Shown here: piece by piece, positions 14,761 through 30,462 of the stretch | How the letters are laid out: each line of letters starts with the position of its first letter | Position numbering within the stretch: the first letter of the stretch is position 1 | NCBI GenBank assembly: GCA_964016885.1 | Contig: OZ024741.1 | Span: forward strand, 338,396,001-338,460,000 | DNA length: 64,000 nt | Source of the DNA: Eledone cirrhosa | Lineage: Eukaryota | Reading direction: 5' to 3' | Notes under the pieces: model-generated | Databases searched by the model: none | Told to the model about the DNA's origin: nothing | Seen by the model: only the letters and a program-made list of their open reading frames with translations | Made by a program: the position numbers and the translations under genes

Positions 14761-15706
14761 CGATGATGACATCTTCTTTATTATTGTTCCCGTCTGCCGT
14801 GGGCACAAAGGTGGCTGTGGAGACCGATCCTTGACTTGCAGGTCCGGGGACAGTGGAGACAGGGGAAGAGACCGGAGTCAGACTGGTAACTCCCAGAGGT
14901 TACCTCCCCTGTTACCTCCACCTCTCGCCCATCGCTGCAGGGCTTTGGGAGTGCACGCTAAAGAAGAAACCTGTGCGGGAAAGGGTTATAGTGGGAGGGC
15001 CAGTGTACATTGACGGTCCCACTCACTCGGCCGCAGAAGCCAGAATCCGGTGGTACGGAGGACCGTCACGACCATGGACTTCCTTGGCTGCAGTGGATGG
15101 CCACGACGTCTGTACTGCCTTGCCATGCCCTAGCGCTCCACACCGCTTGCTGTCGCCGCCTTTGTGACCGTTGGGACGATGTTGTCCTCCTCCACTCATT
15201 CCGCCAGGTCCAGTCTTCGCATGCAGGGGCAGACATCCCCTATCTAACAGACCCGTCCGGCTATCCTCAACCTGGTTCTGCCCGTCAGCCAAGGCGGTTT
15301 ACCGGGGTGTGGCCGCTGTCGCATTCTACAGCTTCTTGGGGCCACAGGTGAGAGCTGAGTGTCAGGTGGGACCCAATGCAGGACGAGCTGTCCTGAAAAG
15401 GGAATGGCTAGCCCTCCCTACAGAGGTACATGCCCCTCCCTGACACCCTAAGCATATACATATACATACGTGCATGTGTATATACATATTTACACAATTT
15501 TGGATGGCCGTAGACTCTTATGAGTTCTTCCACCCTTTGTCAGGTTTTGTTTTTTTGTCCTGCAGGGTGTCCAAAATCCCCCTCCTCACCAAGTAAACTT
15601 GGTGGGGTTGCCAGTTTAGTAGCTGACAACCCGACCATGCGACAGGTTGTACTAGTTTACATGTTACCAGTAGCACTCAAGAGTGACCTGGCATATATAT
15701 ATATAC

Positions 15707-15769
<63 letters not shown>

Positions 15770-16172
15770 TTATTTCCTCCTATCTTTATTTATTTCTTTC
15801 TTCTCTCCATACATTTCTCTCTCTCTCCGATATTTCTCCAGGTTTTCTTTCTTTCTATCTTTCTTTCTCTCTCTCCGTCTTTGTTCTTTTCTCTCTCTCC
15901 GTCTTTTTTCGTTTTTCTTTTTCTTTATCTCCGTCTTTTTCTAATTGTGCTTAACACTATGACTTATTAAAACAATATAAACAATTCACTATCCAGACAG
16001 CCTCCAAAAGTAATGGTTGTATTTTAAAAGGGTACGTCAAAGCTATTTGTAAAACTGTTATATATTGTATTTTGTCTGATGAAGGCATACCATAATTTAA
16101 TATGGTATCCCTGAAATATGTATAATGAAATAAATATGGTTTTATAAATATAGTTTCCATTTATTAATATCG

Positions 16173-16280
<108 letters not shown>

Positions 16281-16554
16281 GGAATAGAATGAAACGAAAT
16301 TTCATTTCTCACTCTTAGTACGGCACTTACTTAAATGTAAGTATGTATGTATACGTACATACATATATGTATACAGACGTACAGTAGCATGTATATATAT
16401 ACATACAGGCACACATATATACATGCACGTATCAGTTTACCAAACATTTATTATAATGCTCGGTTTGTTCGTTTGTAAACAAACAAACAGCCTGAATTAA
16501 GCCGTACAGTGTTTAGGCAACCACGTCACCTTTTTGTTCAACACTGACACAGGA

Positions 16555-16597
16555 ACGATGTACTGGTTTCAAGCTTATTAGCTATCGTCAGCACCGT
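16555..16597 (-). ncRNA. Type I hammerhead ribozyme (family 2; CCAG stem III variant; duplicate at 60412-60454)
   Basis: ACGGTG-CTGACGA-T-AGCT-AATA-AGCT-T-GAAA-CCAG-TA-CATCGT. Confidence 0.75.
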
Positions 16598-17297
16598 ATA
16601 CCTTTCTGCCAGATGGTTGAACGTCCGAAAGTATATACTTTCTTATGAAAATTAACGGCTGAGCAGCCTAATTTGCATATCGAGTGAGTTCAGTCGGCCA
16701 GTCGCACCGAAGACGATAAATGGAATAGAATAAAACGAACTTTCATTTCTCACTCTTAGTACGGCACTTACTTAAATGTAAGTATGTATGTATACGTACA
16801 TACATATATGTATACAGACGTACAGTAGCATGTATATATATACATACAGGCACACATATATACATGCACGTATCAGTTTACCGAACATTTATTATAATGC
16901 TCGGTTTGTTCGTTTGTAAACAAACAAACAGCCTGAATTACGGCGTACAGTGTTTAGGCAACCACGTCACCTTTTTGTTCAACACTGAACAAACCGAGCA
17001 TTATAATAAATGTTCGGTAAACTGATACGTGCATGTATATATGTGTGCCTGTATGTATATATATACATGCTACTGTACGTCTGTATACATATATGTATGT
17101 ACGTATACATACTTACATTTAAGTAAGTGCCGTACTAAGAGTGAGAAATGAAATTTCGTTTCATTCTATTCCATTTATCGTTTTCGGTGCGACTGGCCGA
17201 CTGAACTCACTCGATATGCAAATTAGGCTGCTCAGCCGTTAATTTTCATAAGGAAAGTATATACTTTCGGACGTTCAACCATCTGGCAGAAAGGTAT

Positions 17298-17340
17298 ACG
17301 GTGCTGACGATAGCTAATAAGCTTGAAACTAGTACATCGT
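17298..17340 (+). ncRNA. Type I hammerhead ribozyme (family 2; duplicate at 61155-61197)
   Basis: ACGGTG-CTGACGA-T-AGCT-AATA-AGCT-T-GAAA-CTAG-TA-CATCGT. Full core, stem I 6 bp with extension, palindromic stem III, GUA site. Confidence 0.85.
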
Positions 17341-17766
17341 TCCTGTGTCAGTGTTGAACAAAAAGGTGACGTGGTTGCCTAAACACTGTACGGCGTAATT
17401 CAGGCTGTTTGTTTGTTTACAAACAAACAAACCGAGCATTATAATAAATGTTCGGTAAACTGATACGTGCATGTATATATGTGTGCCTGTATGTATATAT
17501 ATACATGCTACTGTACGTCTGTATACATATATGTATGTACGTATACATACATACTTACATATATATATATATATATACATATTATATATATATATATATA
17601 TATATAAATTGGAATAAATGCTCTGAAATAGCGATATATATGTGAATATAGACATAGAATATTCGAAAATATTCTGTATGTTTATAATAAACATTTTGAA
17701 GACCTAATCGCTATAGAATAGAATACGTCACGTATTACAATTAGATTCTCGATAAAAGCAAGGGAA

Positions 17767-17809
17767 GTAATCTACGCGTTTCATTCTTGTTAGAAATCAT
17801 CAGGACTAC
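17767..17809 (-). ncRNA. Type I hammerhead ribozyme (family 1, inverted unit; duplicate at 61624-61666)
   Basis: Exact reverse complement of 18221-18263. Confidence 0.88.
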
Positions 17810-18220
17810 ATATCCAGTGCTTTTATCGAGAATGACACAGCTAGAGACTTATAGAATACTTAGCTGTGTACAGGAACTGGATAAAAGCACTGGATATGTA
17901 GTCCTGATGATTTCTAACAAGAATTTCTAACAAGAATGAAACGCGTAGATTACTTCCCTTGCTTTTATCGAGAATCTAATTGTAATACGTGACGTATTCT
18001 ATTCTATAGCGATTAGGTCTTCAAAATGTTTATTATAAACATACAGAATATTTTCGAATATTCTATGTCTATATTCACATATATATCGCTATTTCAGAGC
18101 ATTTATTCCAATTTCTAATTTCTGCCGGACCGGCAACCGCTCTTTCAAACCAGTTCCTGTACACAGCTAAGTATTCTATAAGTCTCTAGCTGTGTCATTC
18201 TCGATAAAAGCACTGGATAT

Positions 18221-18263
18221 GTAGTCCTGATGATTTCTAACAAGAATGAAACGCGTAGATTAC
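18221..18263 (+). ncRNA. Type I hammerhead ribozyme (family 1)
   Basis: GTAGTC-CTGATGA-T-TTCT-AACA-AGAA-T-GAAA-CGCG-TA-GATTAC. Stem I continues past an internal loop into ATTCTCGATAAAAGCA/TGCTTTTATCGAGAAT. Confidence 0.9.
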
Positions 18264-18385
18264 TTCCCTTGCTTTTATCGAGAATCTAATTGTAATACGT
18301 GACGTATTCTATTCTATAGCGATTAGGTCTTCAAAATGTTTATTATAAACATACAGAATATTTTCGAATATTCTATGTCTATATT

Positions 18386-18544
<159 letters not shown>

Positions 18545-18561
18545 TATATATATATATATAC

Positions 18562-18631
<70 letters not shown>

Positions 18632-18734
18632 TTAAAACAACAGAATGCAAGACAATTTGGTGCATCATCGTTTACCAACCAGAACAACCAGTTCTACTCG
18701 TTGCTAAACAACCTAATATAGATTATATATATAT

Positions 18735-19697
18735 ATATATATATATAATCTATTGATGAACATTACGTTCATCAATACAACCCCTAGAGGTGAATTAGCT
18801 TACAAATTTAGAAGGGCCCGAGATAAACATAAACTCAATATTAAGATAGTAGAAAGACCAGGTACCTCCATAAAAACACTTATTAGCAATACATACCCTT
18901 TTCAAAGACCTCCCTGTATAGATAAGAAATGAATAATCTGTAAACTAAGCCCTCATATTAACTGTAAAACTAGAAATGTAGTATATAGCATAAGATGTAC
19001 TGAAGGACAATGTAAAGATAAGAATATAGTGTACATAGGTGAGACAGCTCGTAGTATAAGAGAACGGTTAAATGAACACTGGCGAGAACTTCAAGATAAA
19101 AAATAACCAACATGCTAAAAAGCATCAACATGCTAAAATAGAACATAAGGGCAAATTAGAGAACATAGAAATGAAAATAGAATCTACACACAGAAAAGAC
19201 GCAATGTTTAGACAAATCACAGAGGCAATAAACATAAATGAACTCCAACCAAATTAAATAGAAAATATGAATGGAATAGCAACATCACAACTTACAATTA
19301 AGGACAAAATGAAAACACACACACACACATAGAACAAACAACCAACCAGTAACATTTAAATAAACAAATAAATAAACAAATAAAAACACACGCAGACACC
19401 CGGATGTAACACATGCGTAAACTAAGCACACAACACACACAAAAACAAGATGGCGTAGGACAGAACAAAGGAGAGGCACAAAACAAAGAAAAAATCCCCA
19501 GTCACTGAAGAGGTCACAGAATGTATGACGAAAGAACTTTGACAATATATGAACAACCGTCCGGTTATGGAACCAACAAACTAACCGGAAATTTATAAAT
19601 TCTTAAATTTATAAATTTAATTTATAATAAATTGGAGTGAAAGCAACTGGTGCGTGTGTTTCTTATTGGCGACATGACCCTCCCAAAGCATAACAAT
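18735..19697 (+). mobile_element. 5'-truncated Penelope-like element (GIY-YIG part + pLTR); partial duplicate at 63500-64000
   Basis: NCKTRNVVYSIRC...C....IVYIGETARSIRER and RQITEAINI motifs, followed by an A/C-rich 3' region with a hammerhead-like motif. Confidence 0.85.
19501..19543 (+). ncRNA. Minimal hammerhead-like motif in Penelope pLTR
   Basis: GTCA-CTGAAGA-G-GTCA-(9 nt)-TGAC-GAAA-GAAC-TT-TGAC. Confidence 0.55.
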
Positions 19698-20318
19698 ATA
19701 TATATATATATATATACAGTGGCGGACTGGACAGGTTGCCAGGTTGCCCAATGACAAAAATAAAAAAAAATTAAGTAAAGCAATTAGTTAACGAATTCCC
19801 CAGGGAATTAATAGAAACCAAAATATACGATAGTGTAAATAGCTGGAATCAATGGTTGTACATTCTACTAAATCTAAAGCTTAGAAAATCTATTCCTGAG
19901 TCCAACCATTCTCGTTGCTGTGGTAATGCGGCTGGACTGCCGATCGCTATATTTGATTTGCTAAGCTGTCTAAACGTATTGTTATTACTCTGGGGTACTA
20001 TTCCCATTCGAGTGCTAAAGCTACATACCGAATTTGCATTCGTTAGCTTGGCCGCAAACAAAGGCTTCGTTAATGCTGTACTAAAATTTGTATATATATA
20101 TATATACTTGAGGGCGGCCGACCGGGGTAGAAGCTGCTAAATGTTCGGTCGCCCTCATGTCTCTGATTTTCAGCCCCATGAATTGTGTCTATTATATTCC
20201 TTTGTTATATTTCGAATACCTGATGATGTCACCGGATTCATACTGAACCCAGTCATTGAAATGATCATAGTATAATAAACCTTTTAAGGAATTACACCAG
20301 TCCAGCCTCCTGTTATTT

Positions 20319-20353
<35 letters not shown>

Positions 20354-20357
<4 letters not shown>

Positions 20358-21130
20358 CACAAGTATGACCCCGACGGCAGAGCTCAAGCCGTTTCGACGG
20401 CTATTTCTGGATTATTTTTGTATTAGTATTTTTCTATTAATATTTTTGTATTAATATTTTGTATTAGTATTTTTGTAGTAGTATTTTAGTATTTTTCTTC
20501 TCAACTTATTAACCTGTCATTGTAAGATAGCATTGGCTGATTACTAACTAACTATAGCAGTGATGTTAGACCCCCTGTAAAGCCGGCTTTAATTCTTTCA
20601 CTACAATCTCGTATTTAGTATTTTTCCCACTCTCCACCTATTAAACTTTTCTATAGCTTAGCAATACCAAAGAGAAACTGGGTGATTGTGGAAATGGAGT
20701 AGTAACCAGAAATTGTTTTTTATATATTTATTTCCTTATTCTTCTATTGGGCTTTTTTTACTCCCTTTCAATTTACCTATTCTTTCAACCACCTCTTCTT
20801 CTCCAGTACACTTTTTTCGACCTTTTATACACTATCCTTAGAATCTGCTGTATAGATTTCTCTTTCAACGCTTGACTGGGTTTCCCCCACTCCCTCTTTG
20901 TTCTACCGGCAAGTTCAGCCACCCCTACCTCCCACCAAATGCCATGATAGATTCATCTGTCTTTACAACAAATGTTTGACCAATCCTCTTGACAATTACT
21001 ATCTTCCCATATAAGGAAATACCCCCTGAGAAGTTCGGCTATTTATTTACCAGGCTAAAAATTCTTATTTAGTCCAGAAATAGCTGTCGAAACGGCTTGA
21101 GCTCTGCCGACGGGGTCATACTTGTTCCTA
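20354..21130. mobile_element. Element bounded by ~57-bp inverted repeats (probable PLE relic with inverted pLTR; related copy at ~30470-30600)
   Basis: 20354-20411 is nearly the reverse complement of 21072-21130. Inserted in (TA)n. Confidence 0.55.
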
Positions 21131-22269
21131 TTACCCACTCTACTACCCTAAGTATTGAGTACTTTGGTGTGTTATGGTCCATCTGGTTCCTTACCACAAT
21201 TCCTTCGTTATATATATATAAGAAAGTAAGTTCATAGAATCAATTGATAAAATATATACAGTATTTCTTCTCCCAATCAGCATAATCAACCACATAAAAA
21301 ATCAATTAAACGAGGCTATAAGTTTAAAATGTACCTATGAAGAAACAATAGATAAATAAATGATACCTATTTTATCCGCGATCCACAGCCACAGAAAATT
21401 TACCGAGTATTTCTAATAGCCCGTAGAAATTGACTAGACATATAGTTAACCATACACAATTCGGTACAAAATCAAAGTTAGAAGAAAAAAATGTACATAA
21501 ACATACCAAAATCATGTTTCTACCTCCGAAGGTTTCATTCGCTTTTTGGAAATATCCGATCATGGATAAATCAACGAGTTTCGAAATCATCAGGAAACAA
21601 ACTCAATTGGACAAAGATTTTTCTTAAATGATCCCCGCCAGAAACGAATTCAAAATGGCTAAGAATTGTCACATGGCTAGTAGTCAAGTCAGAAAGCTTG
21701 TGATTGGTGCCTGACGGCGAGTAGGCTGGTTGCTAGAAAGCGCAGCCGAATACTGCCTAAAGTTTTATTCAACCTTACGAGAGTATATAAAATATAGAGG
21801 TTTACATATACATAAACTAGACAGAGCCATAGATATATGTCTAGTTTATGTACACTATGTGGACTATGTATTGAAGAACGGATAAATATTCTAAGGAAAT
21901 TACGCAATAGCGATTGCCTAAATTCAAGGAATGAAATCTTCTCACGTTGTCCACACGTCTGGAAACATCTCTTGCATAACTACAAGCTCTAGATTGAATA
22001 ACAGCAACATTTAATATTCTAATCAACTTATTCCGGACATTCACAGTTATCTCCCTTACACCTTACGCCCGTGGTTTTGTATCGCTTGGGTGAAGTGACC
22101 GTTTCTGCGCATGCGCGTTCATACGGTTGTTTTTCCTGTTCCGTATAACCATTACCAGTCCGAGCTGAAGATCCGCATAAGGTGAAACAATAGTTCTCGG
22201 TATGGTGAACTAACTGTCGTGTTACTAGTTCTACCAAACTTACTTCTTTTTTCAGCAAACAAAGGGAGA

Positions 22270-22317
22270 TAAGCTGACAGATCTCTGTTTCGTACTGTTG
22301 GTACTCCTCAGAGCTTA
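22270..22317 (-). ncRNA. Canonical type I hammerhead ribozyme with GUC site (family 4)
   Basis: TAAGCT-CTGAGGA-GTAC-CAACA-GTAC-GAAA-CAGAGATCTG-TC-AGCTTA. Stem I is extended by CAGCAAACAAAGGGAG/CTCCCTTTGTTTGCTG. Confidence 0.92.
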
Positions 22318-22564
22318 CCACTCCCTTTGTTTGCTGAAAAAAGAAGTAAGTGACATAGTCTTCAAAATGCTTTTAATTAAGCATACAGTGTATTGCAAAA
22401 TACACTATATATACATTCATATATATATATCGCTATTTCAGAGCACCAATTCTAATTTTCAATTTTTGCTGGACCGGCAACAGTTCTGTATAATCAGTTC
22501 CTCATTATTACTGGAATTCTATAAGAATCCAACGTTCATAATTTTCAGCAAACAAAGGGAGTGG

Positions 22565-22603
22565 TAAGCTCTGAGGAGTACGAAACAGATATCTGTCAGC
22601 TTA
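22565..22603 (+). ncRNA. Family 4 hammerhead with 9-nt deletion in stem-loop II
   Basis: TAAGCT-CTGAGGA-GTAC-GAAA-CAGATATCTG-TC-AGCTTA. Confidence 0.6.
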
Positions 22604-22738
22604 TCTCCCTTTGTTTGCTGAAAAAAGAAGTAAGTGACATAGTCACTACTTTAAAACAATAGCGTAAGGTCTTCAAAATGCTTTTAATTAAGCATACAGT
22701 GTATTGTAAAATACACTATATATACATTCATATATATA

Positions 22739-25143
<2,405 letters not shown>

Positions 25144-25258
25144 GGTGTTCCAGAGTCCCACATTTTACACAAAAGTGTTTTTTTCTTAGCTCCCTATCCA
25201 TTTTCTCATGCCATTTTGTATATTATCAATTTATAATGTGATTTTGATTATTTCAGAC

Positions 25259-25311
<53 letters not shown>

Positions 25312-25314
<3 letters not shown>

Positions 25315-25572
25315 CCCGTTTGACCTGTGCGAAATTCTTTCCTTACTCACATTTCGACCAGGTTGGATGGTCTTTTTTCTCTCTCGTCCACGATTTCACA
25401 GAACTTATGTTCATCGATTTCAGGGACTTGACTCCTTCTTCCTCCCGTTTGACCTGTGCGAAATTCTTTCCTTACTCACATTTCGACCAGGTTGAATGGT
25501 CTTTTTTCTCTCTCGTCCACGATTTCACAGATCTTATGTTCATCGATTTCAGAGACTTGACTCCTTCTTCCT
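25312..25572. repeat. 129-bp direct tandem duplication
   Basis: CCTCCCGTTTGACCTGTGCG at 25312 and 25441. Confidence 0.9.
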
Positions 25573-25793
25573 CACTTTTCGTTGCATTACCATCTTTGTT
25601 TGTTTAATGTCTCGCTCGTTCCCCCTATTTACGTATCCCAACGACTTTCTTTAGCCGTTGCTTGCACCAACCAGAGGTATATGGTCTTTATAGCGATGAA
25701 ATACCAATGAAGGCTGGAAGATCTCTAATGAAGTACTAAATTTATTCATATGTAACCCATTTGCAACCACGCAGCACGTCATGTTTTCATATT

Positions 25794-25844
<51 letters not shown>

Positions 25845-25852
<8 letters not shown>

Positions 25853-26636
25853 TAATAGATTAAAGTTTAAGCAAAGAATCGATGCTTTCACCCTTAACGG
25901 GATCTTCTGAAACTAAAAAAAAGTCAATCTGTGAAAGCAGAAGTAAATAAAGACCATGTGACCCCTGCGCCGCTGAGGCCCTGGAAATACTCTACGCCAA
26001 AGACCACATCTTAAACAAAAAATCTGAGGCTATTTCAGCTTGTAAACATAAATTGCACAAAACTTTCCTGTATTACAGCCCCACATTATACGCTAACGGA
26101 TAATACGAACTATACGCGGATATTTTACATCTTGATGTGGTAGCTAAATATATGTTATGTTTATACCATTACTTATTTGTATAGGTAAGTATATATTTCC
26201 TGTATGTTTAGTGAAGGTATGTATACTTTCTCGTACGTATATTTGCTTGTATATGTTATGGCGTATATATTATATATACTGGTACATTTTCATTTGGTTT
26301 GTGTATACGTGAGTTTTGCGTCTATGTGAGTATGCGGGTTCGTGTGTAGGGTGTGTGTGTATGTGTACGTTGTGTTTTGGTTGACATACGTCTGCGAACA
26401 TATGTGTATTTACATGTAGGTATGTGTGTGCGCGCGTTATATACGTATTTATGTGTGTATATTTATTGACGTTTATTTAATTATATGTACACACACATAT
26501 ATATATATTTTTTTTTAATATATATTTTTGAAATATTTACTTCTGCGTTCACAGATTGACTTTTTTAGTTTCAGAAGATCCCGTTAAGGGTGAAAGCAGC
26601 GATTCTTTGCTTAAACTTTAATCTGTTATTTTAATA
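25845..26636 (+). mobile_element. Short 5'-truncated PLE with inverted 5' pLTR segment
   Basis: About 105-bp inverted ends. Inside is the PLE C-terminal peptide CDPCAAEALEILYAKDHILNKKSEAISACKHKL, plus a mutated hammerhead core (CAGAAGA-TCCC..GGGT-GAAA). Confidence 0.7.
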
Positions 26637-26745
26637 AATATTTGCTCTACGGTTCTTATATATTTGATATATATTTATCCTTATCGAACCCTCTTTGGAT
26701 TTTAGTCTTCAAATTTATTATTATTACTATTATTATTATTATTAC

Positions 26746-26870
<125 letters not shown>

Positions 26871-27188
26871 GAGAGAGAGAGAGAATAAAAATGGCGTAGA
26901 CATACAATACAACAGGAGGAAACATAATAGTACCACTGATGATGTTGCAGATGTGCGACGAAAAAACTTTGACTATATATATATATGTATTTATATCTGT
27001 ATTTTTGACCGTTGGTCAGTCAATGATAAACATTGATTGCTGAATTAATTAACTATGGAGATATAAAAGATACAGAAGCGAAAACCAACCAAACAGTGAG
27101 TTCTGTTATTATTTCTGGCAATAGTATTACAATATCTGTTTCGACACACGATTTCATATAAACCTCGCAAAACTAATTCATCGCCGTC

Positions 27189-27304
<116 letters not shown>

Positions 27305-27619
27305 ATAGTCGTCCCATCTTTTTCTCCTTCATCTCAAAATTTCCTTTTCTCTTTCACCATGTCCCAACTCACTCCCGCCCACCCTATTTCACCACCATTG
27401 CCACATCAACCAATCATACCTCTGCAGCACAAACTAGCAACCAGCTAACTCAATCTCCTCCTAGGACAGTTGTTTTTTGATCTGATGCTTGTTTCTGTAT
27501 GGCTTATGGATTACTAAGTTGGAGCATTACTAATCGACAAATCCACTTCTGGACCATCGCACAATTGTTGTTCTTCTTTATTTCAGGCGTGTAAAACCAA
27601 CACCAACTCTACCACGGGG

Positions 27620-29825
27620 ATCCCCGGGGCTTACGGGAACGGTCCTAGAAACGAGAAAGGCTTCAGACTACTGGAATTCTGTGACACCAATGACCTATTT
27701 ATTAGTAACACGAATTTCAGAAAACGAAACAGCCGCCCAATCACATATAAATCAGGTGACCTCGCCAGCCAAATTGATTTCATTGTTACTAGAAGACGAG
27801 ACAGACTGGCTGTTAGGAACACAAAGTCCCTCCTCGCTGAAGAATGAACCTCCCAACACAACCTAGTAGTTAATGACCTTATTGTTAGGTCTAGAAGAAC
27901 TCAAAAACAGAAGCCAACCTAGAGGAGACGAGTATGGAAGTTAAAAGACCCATCAAACAATGACAAATTTAGGTAGCAGCAGCATCGTAAACTGCTACAA
28001 GGGAAAAGGAGATGCCCTAGATAGAGAAAACTATAGAGGCATTAAATTGGTTGACCAGGTTATGAAGGTCAATGAAATAGTCTTAGCTCAGCTGATTAGA
28101 GAATATGTTAACATAGATGAAATGCAGTTTGGATTTGTCCCAGGTAAGAGTACCACAGATACCCTCTTCCTTGTAAGACAACTGCAGAAGTACCTAGCTA
28201 AGAGTAAGCCCCTCTACCTGGCTTTTGTCGACCTTGAAAAAGCTTTTGACGGAGTCCATCGTTCCATTATCTTGTTGGCTCTTAGGAAACTAGAAGTTGA
28301 CAAATGGCCTGTGAGGACAATTCAAGTAATGTATAGAAGAACAACCAATAAGGTGAGACATAACAATGACTATAGTGAAGAATTTAGCGTGCAGGTTGGT
28401 ATCCATCAGGGCTCTGTTCTTAGCCCTCTTCTGTTTATTATCGTTCTGTAGACAATAACGGAGGAGTTTAAGACCGGCTGCCCATGGGAACTTCTGTATG
28501 CTGATGACCTAACCCTTATAGACGAATCTATAGCTGAACTAGGGATGAAATTCCAGACCTGGAAGTAAGGCCTAGAATCTAAAGGTCTGAAAGTCAACCT
28601 GGCAAAGTCTAAAGTCCTAATAGGTAGAAGGGATAGAAAGGCCCAGATCTCCTCTGGGAAATAGCCCTGCTTAGTGTGCAGAAAAAGATTACCTAGGTAG
28701 AAATTCCATTCTATGTACCAAATGCAAGCAATGGGTACACATGAGATGTAATGGGATCTCAGGCAGGCTAACAAAGAATATAGGTTTTACTTGTGCACAG
28801 GGGCAGTAAGTAACAAGAACCCTCAGAATACAACCACCTTCAAATGCTCAAAGGGATCGGTTGAAGTGGTAGATAATTTCCGTTACCTGAGTGACTAAAT
28901 CTGTAGTTAGGGAGGGTGTTCTGAAAGCACAGTAACCAGAGTGAGATCGGGTTAGAGTAAATTCAAGGAGGTACTACCGTTACTAGCTACAAAAGGTTTT
29001 TCTCTCAAAATGAAAGGCAGACTGTATGATGCATGTATACGAACAACAATGTTGCACAGCAGCGAGACCTGGGCACTGTGTGCTGAGAACCTGCGAAGAT
29101 TGGAAAGAAATGAAGCCCCAAGCTTCGCTGGATGTGCAATAGCAATATACGTGAACGGCAAAGTATAAATATACTGCGTGAGAAATTAGTCATAAGAAGG
29201 TTCAGTTGTTGCATGCAGGAGAGGAGATTGCGTTGGTATGGACAAATGATGCGTATGAAGGATGACAGCTGTATAAGGTGCAGAGTGCTAAAAGTCGATG
29301 GTAGTTGAGGTGTGGACAGGCCTAAAAAGACTTGGGATGAGATAAAAAAAAAAGCTGACCTTGCACAATTACACCTCACAAAGGCAATGACACAGGACCG
29401 CGACCTCTGGCGTTACGCAATTTTACAGAAGGCCCACTCTCAGGATGAGGCTTATACCTAGTAGGCAACACCTTCCTCAACATTCTATATCATCTTATTC
29501 ACCTCCCTAAGCGGTAACCTTACTACCCTGTCCACATTTTCCCCAAGCTTCCTCGCCCCACCATCCCTAGTCACACGACAAAAGAACACAGGCCCCACTG
29601 TAAAGTGGTCGTCTCAGTGTCACGACAAAACGTGCCCAGTCCTCACTGTAAAGTGGTCGTGTAGGTGTCACGACAAAAAGCACCCAGCACTCACTGTAAA
29701 TGTGGTTGGCGGTAGGAAGGACACCCAGCTGTAGAAACCAAGCCAATATCTGCCCCAGGTGAGCTAAACAAGGGTCAATCCATCCTACCCATGAATGATG
29801 GACGCTAATCGACGAGGTTGATGAT
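27620..29825 (+). mobile_element. Older degenerate copy of the PHD-RTE family with internal deletion near 27970
   Basis: Endonuclease remnant fused directly to [15 protein letters not shown], multiple stops and frameshifts, and the same 3' UTR motifs. Confidence 0.92.
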
Positions 29826-29913
29826 ATATTTATGTGTGTATATTATATGAAGTGTGTATGTATGTGTATGATATGTGTATGTATATTACATATATAGTAT
29901 ATGTATATGCACG

Positions 29914-29955
<42 letters not shown>

Positions 29956-29986
29956 TATATCATATCATTATCATGATATGTGTATG

Positions 29987-30082
<96 letters not shown>

Positions 30083-30094
30083 GTATTATGCTGG

Positions 30095-30462
<368 letters not shown>

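Larger units (their letters stand above)
22238..22738. repeat. Retrozyme-like array, family 4 (~285-320 bp unit, partly inverted)
   Basis: CTCCCTTTGTTTGCTGAAAAAAGAAGTAAGTGACATAGTC recurs at 22321 and 22605, with two hammerheads in opposite orientation. Confidence 0.8.

Noticed and set aside
14790-15445. GC-rich island with several overlapping ORFs and an RCGALGH knuckle-like peptide
   Set aside because: No intact domain. It is probably a decayed retroelement ORF1 fragment, but I cannot assign it.
16071-16126. CTGATGA-hairpin-GAAA motif (similar ones at ~20220-20270 and ~10986)
   Set aside because: Stem I or the cleavage triplet does not form properly. These are probably decayed PLE hammerheads and are not called as functional.
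21372-21590. FGGRNMILV motif reminiscent of Pif1/Helitron helicase
   Set aside because: A single short motif with no supporting neighbouring motifs.
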